A DNA stretch of 64,000 nt from an uncultured Campylobacter sp. (lineage in GTDB: Bacteria > Campylobacterota > Campylobacteria > Campylobacterales > Campylobacteraceae), in assembly GCA_963516105.1 (NCBI GenBank), contig CAUPZP010000003.1, positions 58,046 to 122,045 of the forward strand, written 5' to 3'. Under the pieces are notes generated by a model that saw nothing but the letters and a program-made list of their open reading frames with translations, had not been told where the DNA came from and searched no databases. Of this stretch, positions 1 through 9,228 are shown piece after piece (the first letter of the stretch is position 1; each line of letters starts with the position of its first letter). The position numbers and the translations under genes are program-made.

Positions 1-770
1 TAACCGCGGGCATAACATTTGCTATGTATGAAATTTACGCTAAAGCAGCGGGCGCAAGAGTCTTTAAAGCCCAGAGCAAAGAGCATGATCTGGGCGAGTT
101 TTTGCAAATTTACAAGGCTAAAAAAGACGAGATCGGCATTATATTTTTGTGCGTGCCAAATAACCCTCTAGGAGGCTGCCTAGATGCCGAAGAAATTTAT
201 AAATTTTTAGAGCAAATCGATCCCGACACGCTCGTGGTTATCGACGGCGCGTATCAGGAGTTTGCTAAATTTAAAGACGCGAAAAAAGAGATAAAGCCTA
301 GTGAGCTCATAGCTAAATTTCCAAACGCGATATATCTAGGTACGTTTTCTAAGGCTTACGGTCTTGGCGGTATGCGCGTAGGATACGGCATCGGCGAAGA
401 AAGCGCGATGAGCGAGCTGGGCAAACTAAGAGCGCCTTTTAACATAACGACGCTTAGCCTAAAAGCAGCTATCGAGGCGCTAAAAGACGAAGGGTTCGTA
501 AAAATGACGCTTGAAACAAATTTTAAAGAGATGAAAAAGTATGAAAAATTTGCCGACCTTCACGGCATAAAGCGTCTGCCGAGCTTTACGAATTTTATCG
601 TTTTTGAGCTTGAGCGTCAAAACGCGAGCGAGCTTGCTCAAAATCTGTTAAAAAAAGGTATAATTTTACGTGATCTAAAAGCTTACGGATTAAACGCGGT
701 TCGCATAACGATCGGACTGCCGAGTCAAAACGACGTAGTTTTAAAACAAATTGGGGGAAATTTAAAGTAA
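1..770 (+). CDS. hisC: histidinol-phosphate aminotransferase (5' part outside window)
   Basis: Class I/II PLP aminotransferase motifs PNNPLG, DGAY and [15 protein letters not shown]. The frame is open back to the window edge, and the gene lies upstream of fliF as in Campylobacter. Confidence 0.92.
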   Translation, partial: TAGITFAMYEIYAKAAGARVFKAQSKEHDLGEFLQIYKAKKDEIGIIFLCVPNNPLGGCLDAEEIYKFLEQIDPDTLVVIDGAYQEFAKFKDAKKEIKPSELIAKFPNAIYLGTFSKAYGLGGMRVGYGIGEESAMSELGKLRAPFNITTLSLKAAIEALKDEGFVKMTLETNFKEMKKYEKFADLHGIKRLPSFTNFIVFELERQNASELAQNLLKKGIILRDLKAYGLNAVRITIGLPSQNDVVLKQIGGNLK

Positions 771-2465
771 ATGGATTTCAAAACCGCAATTCAACAAATC
801 GGACAGGTCTATCACAACCTCTCATTAAGGCAGCGCCTAGTCGCCGCGGGCTCGGTCGTGCTCGTGGTCGGTTTTTTAGTGTTTTTGAGCATTCACAAAA
901 GCTCAAACGAAAACTACGACGGCTATAGCGTACTTTTTGAAAACACTTCCGCCGCAGACTCTGCGCTGATAATCCAGCAGCTTGAAAAAGATAAGGTAAA
1001 GTATAAAATTTTAAACGAGGGCACGATTTTGGTGCCAAACTCGGACGTTTACCGCGAGAGGATCTCGATCGCGTCGCTTGGGATTTTAAAGGACGGTAAG
1101 GTCGGATTTGAGATTTTCGATAAGCAAGAATTTGGTGCGACGGATGCCGAGCAAAAGGTCAAATTTCAGCGTGCTTTAGAGGGCGAGTTAGCTCGCACGA
1201 TCGAAAGTCTAGCGCCGATAAATAAAGCCATCGTGCGTATCGCGATACCCAAAGAAACGATTTTTACCGAGCGAGCCACGCCGCCAAGCGCCTCTATCGT
1301 GTTAAATTTAAAAGACGGGCAGAGCTTAAATTTAAAACAAATCACGGGCATTAAAAATTTAGTCGCCGCAGCGGTGGCAAATTTAAAACCCGAGCAAGTA
1401 AAAATCGTAAGTCAAGACGGAGTGCCGCTTGGCGAGGAGGACGGTGAATACGATAGCGATCAGATCACGCAACAAATCCGCTACAAACGCGACGCCGAGC
1501 ACAATCTCGAAGAAAAAATTATAAACGTCCTATCGCCTATCGTGGGCGGCTCGGATAAGGTCGTAGCCAAAGTAACGATAGACTTTGACTTTGCTAGAAA
1601 AGATAGCCAAAGCGAGACCTTTGATCCAAACTCTGTAGCTAGAAGCGAGCAAAACGTCGAAGAAAAACGACAGGGTAGCAAAGAAGCCGAAGTACAAGGC
1701 GTGCCTGGGGCCGTGAGCAATATCGGTCCGGTCGAAGGCCTGCAAGACGGTAAAATGAAAGAGCTGTACTCAAAAAGCTCATCTACGACAAACTATGAAA
1801 TCTCAAAAAAAGTCGAGCGCGTCAAGGATCAGTTTGCTAAGATAAACCGCCTAAGCGCCGCTGTCGTCGTGGATGGAAAATACGAAAATAAAAAAGACGA
1901 AAAAGGAAATCCAACTAGCGAAATAGCCTACGTACCGCTTGATAAAGAGCAGTTAGCGCGTATAGACGCTCTTATTCGCCAGTCTATCGGCTTTGATCAA
2001 AACAGAGGCGACGAGGTTACTGTTAGTAACTTTGAGTTCCAGCGTCAAGACGGACAGACGCCGGCTAGCAAAGTTCAGTCCTTTTTCGAGCTTTACATAG
2101 TGCCGTTTTTGCCTATCTTAAAGTATCTTTTTGTAGCGATCTTACTATATGTATTCTACAAGAAAGTCATTACGCCGTTTATGACCAAAATGCTTGAGGA
2201 CGTAAAAGAAGAAGAGATCGATCTATCCGAAAACGAGGTTCAGCTTGAGGATAGCGAAGATACGCTGGAGAAATTTCAAGCAGCTAGGAAAAAGGTTGAG
2301 GAGCAACTGGGTATCGGAGATAACTTTAACGAGGACGACCTGCGCTACGATGTATTACTAGAAAAGATGAAACTAGTCGTTCAAGATCGCAGCGAAGAGA
2401 TAGCCGTATTGCTTCAAGATATGATAAAAAACGATTCTGACTTTAGCAACCGTAAGGACTTTTAA
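771..2465 (+). CDS. fliF: flagellar MS-ring protein FliF
   Basis: Two TM segments, GFEIFD and ALEGELARTI motifs, fliF-fliG-fliH order. Confidence 0.97.
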   Translation: MDFKTAIQQIGQVYHNLSLRQRLVAAGSVVLVVGFLVFLSIHKSSNENYDGYSVLFENTSAADSALIIQQLEKDKVKYKILNEGTILVPNSDVYRERISIASLGILKDGKVGFEIFDKQEFGATDAEQKVKFQRALEGELARTIESLAPINKAIVRIAIPKETIFTERATPPSASIVLNLKDGQSLNLKQITGIKNLVAAAVANLKPEQVKIVSQDGVPLGEEDGEYDSDQITQQIRYKRDAEHNLEEKIINVLSPIVGGSDKVVAKVTIDFDFARKDSQSETFDPNSVARSEQNVEEKRQGSKEAEVQGVPGAVSNIGPVEGLQDGKMKELYSKSSSTTNYEISKKVERVKDQFAKINRLSAAVVVDGKYENKKDEKGNPTSEIAYVPLDKEQLARIDALIRQSIGFDQNRGDEVTVSNFEFQRQDGQTPASKVQSFFELYIVPFLPILKYLFVAILLYVFYKKVITPFMTKMLEDVKEEEIDLSENEVQLEDSEDTLEKFQAARKKVEEQLGIGDNFNEDDLRYDVLLEKMKLVVQDRSEEIAVLLQDMIKNDSDFSNRKDF

Positions 2466-3496
2466 TGGCAATAAAGCTAAATGAACAACAAAAGATGATT
2501 TACGACGACCTTTCGATGCCCGAAAAGGTCGCTATTTTGCTTATTCAGCTAGGCGAAGATGTCACGACTCTGCTTTTTTCGCATATGGAGGTTGACGTCA
2601 TAACCGAAATTTCGCGCTATATAGCTACCGCAAAGAGTACCGACAAAAGCGTAGCTGCTGCGGTTTTAGAAGAATTTTACGCTCTCATGCAGTCAAATCA
2701 GTATATGAGAAGCGGCGGCTTAGAGTACGCGAAAGAAATTTTATACCGCACCTTTGGTCCTGAAGCCGCGCAAAAGATACTCGACAAGCTCGCAAAAAGC
2801 ATGGAAAACACAAAGAGCTTCGGCTATCTTACTAAGGTCAAGCCTCAGCAGCTTGCAGACTTTATCGTTAACGAACATCCGCAGACTATCGCGCTTATTT
2901 TGGCGCATATGGACTCAACCAGCGCGGCCGAGACGCTTTCGTTTTTTAATAACGAGCTTAGAAGCGAGGTCGTCGTGAGAATGGCAAATTTGGGCGACAT
3001 TAGCCCGTCTATAATCAAACGCGTTTCAACGGTACTAGAGGGCAAACTAGAGAGCCTCACGTCCTACAAGGTCGAAGTCGGCGGCCCGAGAGCCGTGGCG
3101 GAGGTGTTAAACCGCCTCGGACAAAAGGCGTCCAAAGCTACGATCGAATATATCGAGGACGTCGACGACAAGCTCGCTACGACGATCAAAGAGCTTATGT
3201 TTACCTTTGAGGATATTAACACCCTCAATCAAGCAGCTATCCGCGAAATACTTAAAAACGTCGATAAAAAAGACCTCATGGTCGCTCTAAAAGGCAGCGG
3301 CGACGCATTGAGAGATAAATTTCTCTCCAGTATGTCTCAGCGCGCCAGCGACTCGTTTAAAGAAGAAATGCAGTTTTTGGGAGCGGTGCGCGTAAAAGAC
3401 GTCGAAGAGGCGCAGCGCCGCATAGTAGAGCAGGTTCAGGCCTTAGCGGAGAGCGGGGCGTTCCAAATAGGCGAAAGCGATGAGATGATAGAATGA
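2465..3496 (+). CDS. fliG: flagellar motor switch protein FliG
   Basis: EHPQTIALILAH and MFTFED motifs. Confidence 0.98.
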   Translation: MAIKLNEQQKMIYDDLSMPEKVAILLIQLGEDVTTLLFSHMEVDVITEISRYIATAKSTDKSVAAAVLEEFYALMQSNQYMRSGGLEYAKEILYRTFGPEAAQKILDKLAKSMENTKSFGYLTKVKPQQLADFIVNEHPQTIALILAHMDSTSAAETLSFFNNELRSEVVVRMANLGDISPSIIKRVSTVLEGKLESLTSYKVEVGGPRAVAEVLNRLGQKASKATIEYIEDVDDKLATTIKELMFTFEDINTLNQAAIREILKNVDKKDLMVALKGSGDALRDKFLSSMSQRASDSFKEEMQFLGAVRVKDVEEAQRRIVEQVQALAESGAFQIGESDEMIE

Positions 3497-4305
3497 AAAG
3501 TAGCGTAATAACAAATGAGCGCTCAAAAGAGCACTTTATAGAAAACTATCGGTTTAAAATTTTAGGCCAGGAAAAAAGAAGCGAGGATACACACTCGGCC
3601 CACGAAAGCGAATCCGGCCGCGCGACCGAGCATAACGAGCGAGCTTTAAACGGCGGGCAGGAGGGCTCAAATTTAGGCGAAGCAAAAGAGCAGGGCGGGC
3701 ATTTTAAGCCTGAGTCAAGCTTCATCGAGGAGCTGCTAAAGCGTACCGACGAGATGAGCGGCAGTATGATAAAGCTGCAAATGCAAATCGAAAACCAAGA
3801 AAACGAATTTGCTAAACGCCTAGAGAGCGAGATCCAGCGCGCTAAAGAGGACGGCATAAAGCAGGGCAGAGACGAGGCGGCGGCTAAATTTGACGAGGAG
3901 TTAAGAGCGCTTGAGAGTAGATATCTAGGCTCGATAAATAAGCTAGAGGAGCAGGCGGCTAAATTTGAAAGCCTCATCTCATCTAGCGAGGCGCAGTTAC
4001 CCGCTACCGCAGTTGATATAGCCAAAGAGGTCGTGAAAAAAGAGATTTCGCTAAATTCGGCAAACATCGCCGCAGCTATCTGCAAAGAGCTTTTTAGCGA
4101 GATAAAAGACGCCAAAGAGGTGCAGGTTAAAGTAAATCCGAAAGATTACGAGTTTATCAAAGAAAATTTCTCCGGACAAAACGTCAAAATCTCCGCCGAC
4201 GAAGCCATCAGCGCGGGCGGAGCGATCGTGCTTAGCGACGCGGGTAACCTCGAGGGCACGATCGAAGCCAGACTAGAAAAAATCAAAAAGATAATAGGAC
4301 AATGA
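3493..4305 (+). CDS. fliH: flagellar assembly protein FliH
   Basis: Follows fliG; AxxxGxxxG helix; C-terminal VNPKDY...GGAIV FliH domain. Confidence 0.93.
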   Translation: MKSSVITNERSKEHFIENYRFKILGQEKRSEDTHSAHESESGRATEHNERALNGGQEGSNLGEAKEQGGHFKPESSFIEELLKRTDEMSGSMIKLQMQIENQENEFAKRLESEIQRAKEDGIKQGRDEAAAKFDEELRALESRYLGSINKLEEQAAKFESLISSSEAQLPATAVDIAKEVVKKEISLNSANIAAAICKELFSEIKDAKEVQVKVNPKDYEFIKENFSGQNVKISADEAISAGGAIVLSDAGNLEGTIEARLEKIKKIIGQ

Positions 4306-6152
4306 TAGACGTAAAATCTATGAATATGGAGGAGCTTGAAGCGCTTTGCGGAAAGCTCCGTGATAAAATTTTACAAACCGTCAGCGCAAACGGCGGGCAT
4401 CTGAGCTCAAACATCGGCGCAGTCGAGCTTATCGTCGCGATGCACTATGTTTTCGACGCCGCAAAAGATCCGTTTATATTTGACGTTAGCCACCAAAGCT
4501 ACGCGCACAAGCTAATCACCGGACGCTGGGATAAATTTGACACGCTTAGAAAATTCGGCGGTATCAGCGGCTACACCAAGCCATCCGAGAGTAAATACGA
4601 CTACTTTATCGCCGGTCACAGCTCCACCTCGATCTCGCTAGCAGTCGGCGCGTCAAAGGCGATCAAGCTAAAAGGCGAGGATCGCATCCCCGTGGCCTTT
4701 ATCGGCGACGGCTCGATGAGCGCGGGCATCGCGTACGAGGCGCTAAACGAGCTCGGCGATATCAAAAACCCATGCGTCATCGTCCTAAACGACAACGAAA
4801 TGAGCATCAGCAAGCCCATAGGCGCCTTTAGCAACTACCTCTCGCAGATGATGGCCGGTCCGTTGTATCAGAAGTTTAAAAGCCGCGTAGAGCGATTTTT
4901 GAGCTATATGCCAGACGGCGCCGCATATATGGCGCGCAGGATGGAGGAGGGTATCAGGATCTTTACGCCGGGGATGTTTTTTGAGGAGCTGGGGCTTGAG
5001 TATATCGGTCCCGTAAACGGCCACGACGTGAGGGCGCTCATCGAGGCTTTTAGCGTCGCAAAAGGGATGAAAAAGCCCGTCGTCGTGCACGCGCAGACGT
5101 TAAAGGGTAAAGGCTACGAAAAGGCCGAGGGGCACCTAGCAAACTGGCACGGCGTTAGCCCCTTTGATCTGCGAAGCGGCGAAGCTATCAAAAAATCAGC
5201 TGCCAAATCGGCCACCGCGCTCTTTGCAGAAAATTTGACCCAGCTAGCTAGCGAACATAAAAATATCGTCGGAGTAACTGCCGCGATGCCTACTGGCACG
5301 GGTATCGACGCGCTGATGGAGAGATTTCCGGATAGATTTTGGGACGTCGCGATCGCCGAGCAGCACGCCGTCGCCTCGATGGCAGCGATGGCAAAGGAAG
5401 GCTTTAAGCCATTTATCGCGATTTATTCGACTTTTTTACAGAGGGCGTTTGATCAGGTCGTGCACGACTGCGCGATCATGAACCTAAACGTCGTCTTTGC
5501 GATGGACCGCGCGGGCATCGTCGGCGAGGATGGCGAGACGCATCAAGGCGCCTTTGACGTGAGCTATCTAAATTTGATCCCGAATTTGACGATTTTCGCG
5601 CCTCGTTGCGCCGATAGTTTTAGGCTCGCGATGCGCTACGCTTACGCTCACGAGGGGCCTTGCGCTTTTCGCTATCCGCGCGGAGCTTTTGCACTGGCGC
5701 AGGGCGAATTTAAGGCGCGAGAGCTTGGGCTTGGTAAAGGCGAGATTTTGGTCGAGGGCGGCGGCGAAGCGGCATTTATCGCTTACGGTAACGCCGTTGG
5801 CAAGGCAAATGCTGCGCGCAAAATTTTGCTTGAAAAAACGGACGGCAAATTTGACCCGAGCCTTGTTGATCTAGTGTTTGTTAAGCCGCTTGATGGCAAA
5901 CTTTTGCAAGAGCTCGCGCGCAAGCATAAAATTTGGTACGTCTTTTCAGATACCGCAAAAAAGGGCGGCGTAGGCGAGATTTTGGCTGCATTTTTGCAGG
6001 AGCGGCGCATTTTTGACGTGCGCATCGTTAGCTTTGAGTTTGACGACGCCTTTATCCCGCATGGCGCTACGGCCGACGTCGAGAGGGCTCTGGGCATCGA
6101 CGCGGCAAGCATTTGCGAGAAAATTTTAGCCAAGTCTGCGGATCAAATTTGA
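4302..6152 (+). CDS. dxs: 1-deoxy-D-xylulose-5-phosphate synthase
   Basis: GGHLSSNIG, DVSHQSYAHK, GDG...NDN TPP motif, DRAGIVGEDGETH. Confidence 0.98.
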   Translation: MIDVKSMNMEELEALCGKLRDKILQTVSANGGHLSSNIGAVELIVAMHYVFDAAKDPFIFDVSHQSYAHKLITGRWDKFDTLRKFGGISGYTKPSESKYDYFIAGHSSTSISLAVGASKAIKLKGEDRIPVAFIGDGSMSAGIAYEALNELGDIKNPCVIVLNDNEMSISKPIGAFSNYLSQMMAGPLYQKFKSRVERFLSYMPDGAAYMARRMEEGIRIFTPGMFFEELGLEYIGPVNGHDVRALIEAFSVAKGMKKPVVVHAQTLKGKGYEKAEGHLANWHGVSPFDLRSGEAIKKSAAKSATALFAENLTQLASEHKNIVGVTAAMPTGTGIDALMERFPDRFWDVAIAEQHAVASMAAMAKEGFKPFIAIYSTFLQRAFDQVVHDCAIMNLNVVFAMDRAGIVGEDGETHQGAFDVSYLNLIPNLTIFAPRCADSFRLAMRYAYAHEGPCAFRYPRGAFALAQGEFKARELGLGKGEILVEGGGEAAFIAYGNAVGKANAARKILLEKTDGKFDPSLVDLVFVKPLDGKLLQELARKHKIWYVFSDTAKKGGVGEILAAFLQERRIFDVRIVSFEFDDAFIPHGATADVERALGIDAASICEKILAKSADQI

Positions 6153-6484
6153 GCAGAAGCGTTTTTCACGCTTTAGTTTTACGAGTTTTCTCGAGAGTAT
6201 ACGGGCACCCCCAAGGCTCAAATTTGGGCTAAATCATCCTTTTGTACTCGCTATTTTTAAATGATGCGGGCAAATTTACTTAAAACATAAGATCAAATTT
6301 GGCAGAACACACCAAAACCAAAAAGCAAAATTTGACTTCAAACATCACGCCAAAATTTATAAAAAGTGCAAGTTTAAACCCAAAACCGACACAAATTTTA
6401 GTAAATAATAATTTATATTACCAACTATAAAGAAGTTTTAAATAAAATTTTTGTATATTTAGTTAAAAAATATCAGGAAAAATT

Positions 6485-6895
6485 ATGAACTATATGGAAC
6501 TTCTCAAAAATCACGGGCTCAAAGCCACCCCGCAACGCCTCAGCGTGCTCAAGATCCTCGACCGCCACACGCATCCGACGATCGACGAGCTTTATGAGGA
6601 GATCTGCGCCGAAAACCCGTCCGTATCGCTCGCGACAGTGTATAAAAACCTAAATATGCTCAAAGACGAGGGGCTCGTCGTCGAGGTCAATATGCCGAAC
6701 CAAAAGGCGCGCTACGATATCTTTAGTTACCCGCACATCCACGTCGTGTGCGAGAGCTGCGGACACGTCGAGGACTATAACTTCTGTGAGGCGCTGAGCG
6801 AGTACAAGGAAAGCTTGGAGAGAAAGCTCGGAAATTTCATCGAAAAGATGAATGTGCTAGTAACTGTAAAGGACTGCAAAAACTGCCGCCATTAG
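6485..6895 (+). CDS. perR: Fur-family peroxide-responsive regulator
   Basis: LKATPQR, SLATVYKNL, HIHVVCESCG and C-terminal CxxC; position after dxs as for C. jejuni perR. Confidence 0.85.
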   Translation: MNYMELLKNHGLKATPQRLSVLKILDRHTHPTIDELYEEICAENPSVSLATVYKNLNMLKDEGLVVEVNMPNQKARYDIFSYPHIHVVCESCGHVEDYNFCEALSEYKESLERKLGNFIEKMNVLVTVKDCKNCRH

Positions 6896-6902
6896 GCTTT
6901 TG

Positions 6903-6931
6903 GCTCGCTTTTTTGGCGAGCTAAATTTTTC
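6903..6931 (+). terminator. probable intrinsic terminator after perR
   Basis: GCTCGC/GCGAGC stem followed by a T-rich run, 7 nt after the stop. Confidence 0.55.
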
Positions 6932-7104
6932 TCTCGTTTATAGCTTTACAATGAATTAAATTCGTGCTTGTGCTGATAAAATTTGCCGCTATTTTTGATC
7001 CTGCAAGCGAGCTTTTTGCCAAGAACAAGTTATACTTGCAGGTGCTTAGCGGCGCTAAAACAGCGATCTTTTGCATCTTAACCTGCTTAAATTTATACTA
7101 AACC

Positions 7105-7788
7105 TCACTTCGCGACGCGATTTACCCAGATCAAAAACTCATCGCTTGAGTTCTCGTCGTCTAGATGCGCGGGAGTGACTAGCTCAAGTGCAGTCTGCGG
7201 GATCGTCGTTTTAAACGTCTCTATTACCCACTGCTGAAATTTCGCGTTTGGATGCACGATAAAATCCTCGCTGTTTGGCGGCGCGCTAAAATCCTCGTCC
7301 CAGCAGATCTCGTCGTATCCGATCGCAAGCAGCCGTAAAAAATCAAGCCCGCTGCGAGCCAAAACGCAGGTCATCGTCGAGCCCGAGCCGGAGCCCATGT
7401 GCACGATCTTTGTTTCCCCTGCATCATCCAGCCACAGCGCACACATCGAGCCCTCCGAGCCGCTGCCTGCGAACACGCAAAGCCGCTACTTGATCTCTGC
7501 GGCAAGCTCGCGATCCTCGCCGTAAAACCAATACCTTAGCTCCTCGTCGCGATTTTTCGGCTCATCCGTGAAAAAGACGATGTCCGTGCCGCCCTCGCGC
7601 TCATCGTCGCTCCAGCTCTGCCGTAGCCGATCCTGCGGGTAGAGATAGCCGCGTCTGCGCCCGCCAACATCGTCATAAAAGCCGTTTGTTTCGATCCACG
7701 CATAAAGCGCCTCAAGTTCGCTCGGCACGCACATGCCCTGCGGTAGCGCCTCGCGCAGCTGCGCTAACAATAAATTTTCCACGATCAC
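7105..7788 (-). pseudogene. SMI1/KNR4 (SUKH)-like protein interrupted by one in-frame TAG
   Basis: ORFs 7486-7788 and 7105-7476 are in the same frame, separated only by TAG at 7486-7488 (…AEIK*RLCVFAGSG…). The family call rests on the 'PSELEALYAW…FAGSGSEGSMCALW…IVHMGS' pattern. Confidence 0.65.
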
Positions 7789-8148
7789 TCCTTTTGCTAA
7801 ATTTGCCGCTCAAATTTTACTGCGTTTTGGCTAAATTTACGGATATTTTGTCTGATATTTGCGGCGTTTTGCGCGCCCCGCCGCCGCAAGCGCAAATCGG
7901 GCTCTTTAAATTTAGCCTTTTGCTTGTGATATACGAGCCGCAGAAATGAGTGTATTTTGACAGATGGAAATGCGTCAAATTTCACGATCTAAGTTTACTA
8001 CTACTTTAAGGTCTCTTAGAAATTTTCTGTTTTAATTTATCGCGTTTATGATATACTGGCGATACCGTCATCAAATTTGGTTTTCAGCGTCGCTAAAAGT
8101 TAAATTTGCAAATTTTGCCGCCGTTTGATCGGACGGGCGAAATTTCGT

Positions 8149-8813
8149 CTAAATTCCTAGCTCAGCCCTCACGAGCGCTTCGTTTTGCGGCGTCAAAAAG
8201 CCCGCGATATCCTGCCACATGGAGTGAAAGCCGTATCCGCCCTCTATCATCTCGCTGCGCGCGGCATCTAGCCCCGATCAGATCACGCGGTACATCGCCA
8301 CCACAAGCCCCGTGCGATCGGCTCCGTGATAGTAGTGCACGAGCACGGCGCCCTCCTTTTGGCGCTCGCGAATGGTGCGCAAAACGTCCGCTATTTGCGC
8401 GGGCTTACTCCTGGCTTTGAAGCGGCTTGTTCGCGAGCCAAAATTGATCCCCAAACGCCCTTTTATCGCCGCCTCTGCTAAAATGGCGCAGATTTACGAT
8501 GCTTTTGATGCCAAGTTCGTGCAGCTTCGCGGCGTAGCTTCCGTCAAGCTGAGCGCTGCGAAACAGCAGCTCGTCCACGCGGTAGAAATTTTTCGCTTCG
8601 TCGATGAGGGTTGCTTTTTGCGATGAGTTTGTGCCGCGCACTGCGGTATCTGCGTCTTGAAATTTGGCACCTTTTGCGTCCGCGAGATTTAACTCCGCGC
8701 CGCTCGTTTTTATAAAATTTATGGAATTCGCTTCTTTCGCAAGCTCAGCATTTACGCCGGTCGCAAAGAAAAATACGACCGCTAGCGCAAGGGTTTTAAA
8801 TTGCAAATTTCAT
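8149..8813 (-). pseudogene. exported dual-specificity/tyrosine phosphatase pseudogene
   Basis: The N-part (signal peptide, FYRVDELLFRSAQL, GIKSIVNLR) stops at 8405. A shifted frame continues …VLVHYYHGADRTGLVVAMYRVI*…GGYGFHSMW…ELGI* to 8149. The RBS-preceded ATG at 8813 is out of frame with the body. Confidence 0.8.
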
Positions 8814-9004
8814 CCTTTAAATTTGGCTAAATTTTATGATTTTTGTAAAATTTGACGCCAGATTAGTCAAAATACAAAATGGCAAGCGCGCCTAAATTTA
8901 GCATAAAATTTAAGCGTCAAACCCGCCAAAATCGCTGCTAAATTTTGCCGCGAGCCAGCAATCCGCACCGCAAAAATCAAAATTTCGTCTCAAAATTTCC
9001 CCGT

Positions 9005-9176
9005 TCCCGCCCTCGGTATCGCTAGATCAGTACGCGGTAGTTACATTGCGTAGTTACATTGCCCTTGTAAATTTACTGAAAATAAATCGTAAAAGGGATG
9101 CGCCCGTTTCCGCGAGCGCTGCCATAAACCTGTTTCACAGGTGAGTTTCGTACTCGCCTCTTGCAATACTTACCCG
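9005..9176 (-). ncRNA. candidate structured non-coding RNA downstream of the DIP1984-family gene
   Basis: Nested long-range stems, three internal hairpins and a 13-nt tandem repeat (see findings). No ORF of 60 aa or more is present. Confidence 0.6.
9037..9062. repeat. 13-nt perfect tandem repeat GTAGTTACATTGC x2
   Basis: Read directly: 9037-9049 and 9050-9062 are identical. Confidence 0.95.
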
Positions 9177-9228
9177 AAATTTTAATTTTCACGAAATTCT
9201 TTCAAATTTCGCCGCTAAATTTGACGAT

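Noticed and set aside
6380..6470. Specific PerR/Fur box upstream of perR
   Set aside because: The region is AT-rich and plausible for autoregulation, but I cannot define a clear inverted-repeat box by eye.
7486..7488. Programmed amber read-through (pyrrolysine) or selenocysteine recoding
   Set aside because: The codon is TAG, not TGA. No pyl genes are visible, and a CAG>TAG nonsense change is simpler.
9037..9062. CRISPR array
   Set aside because: Only two abutting 13-nt units, no spacers and no cas genes.
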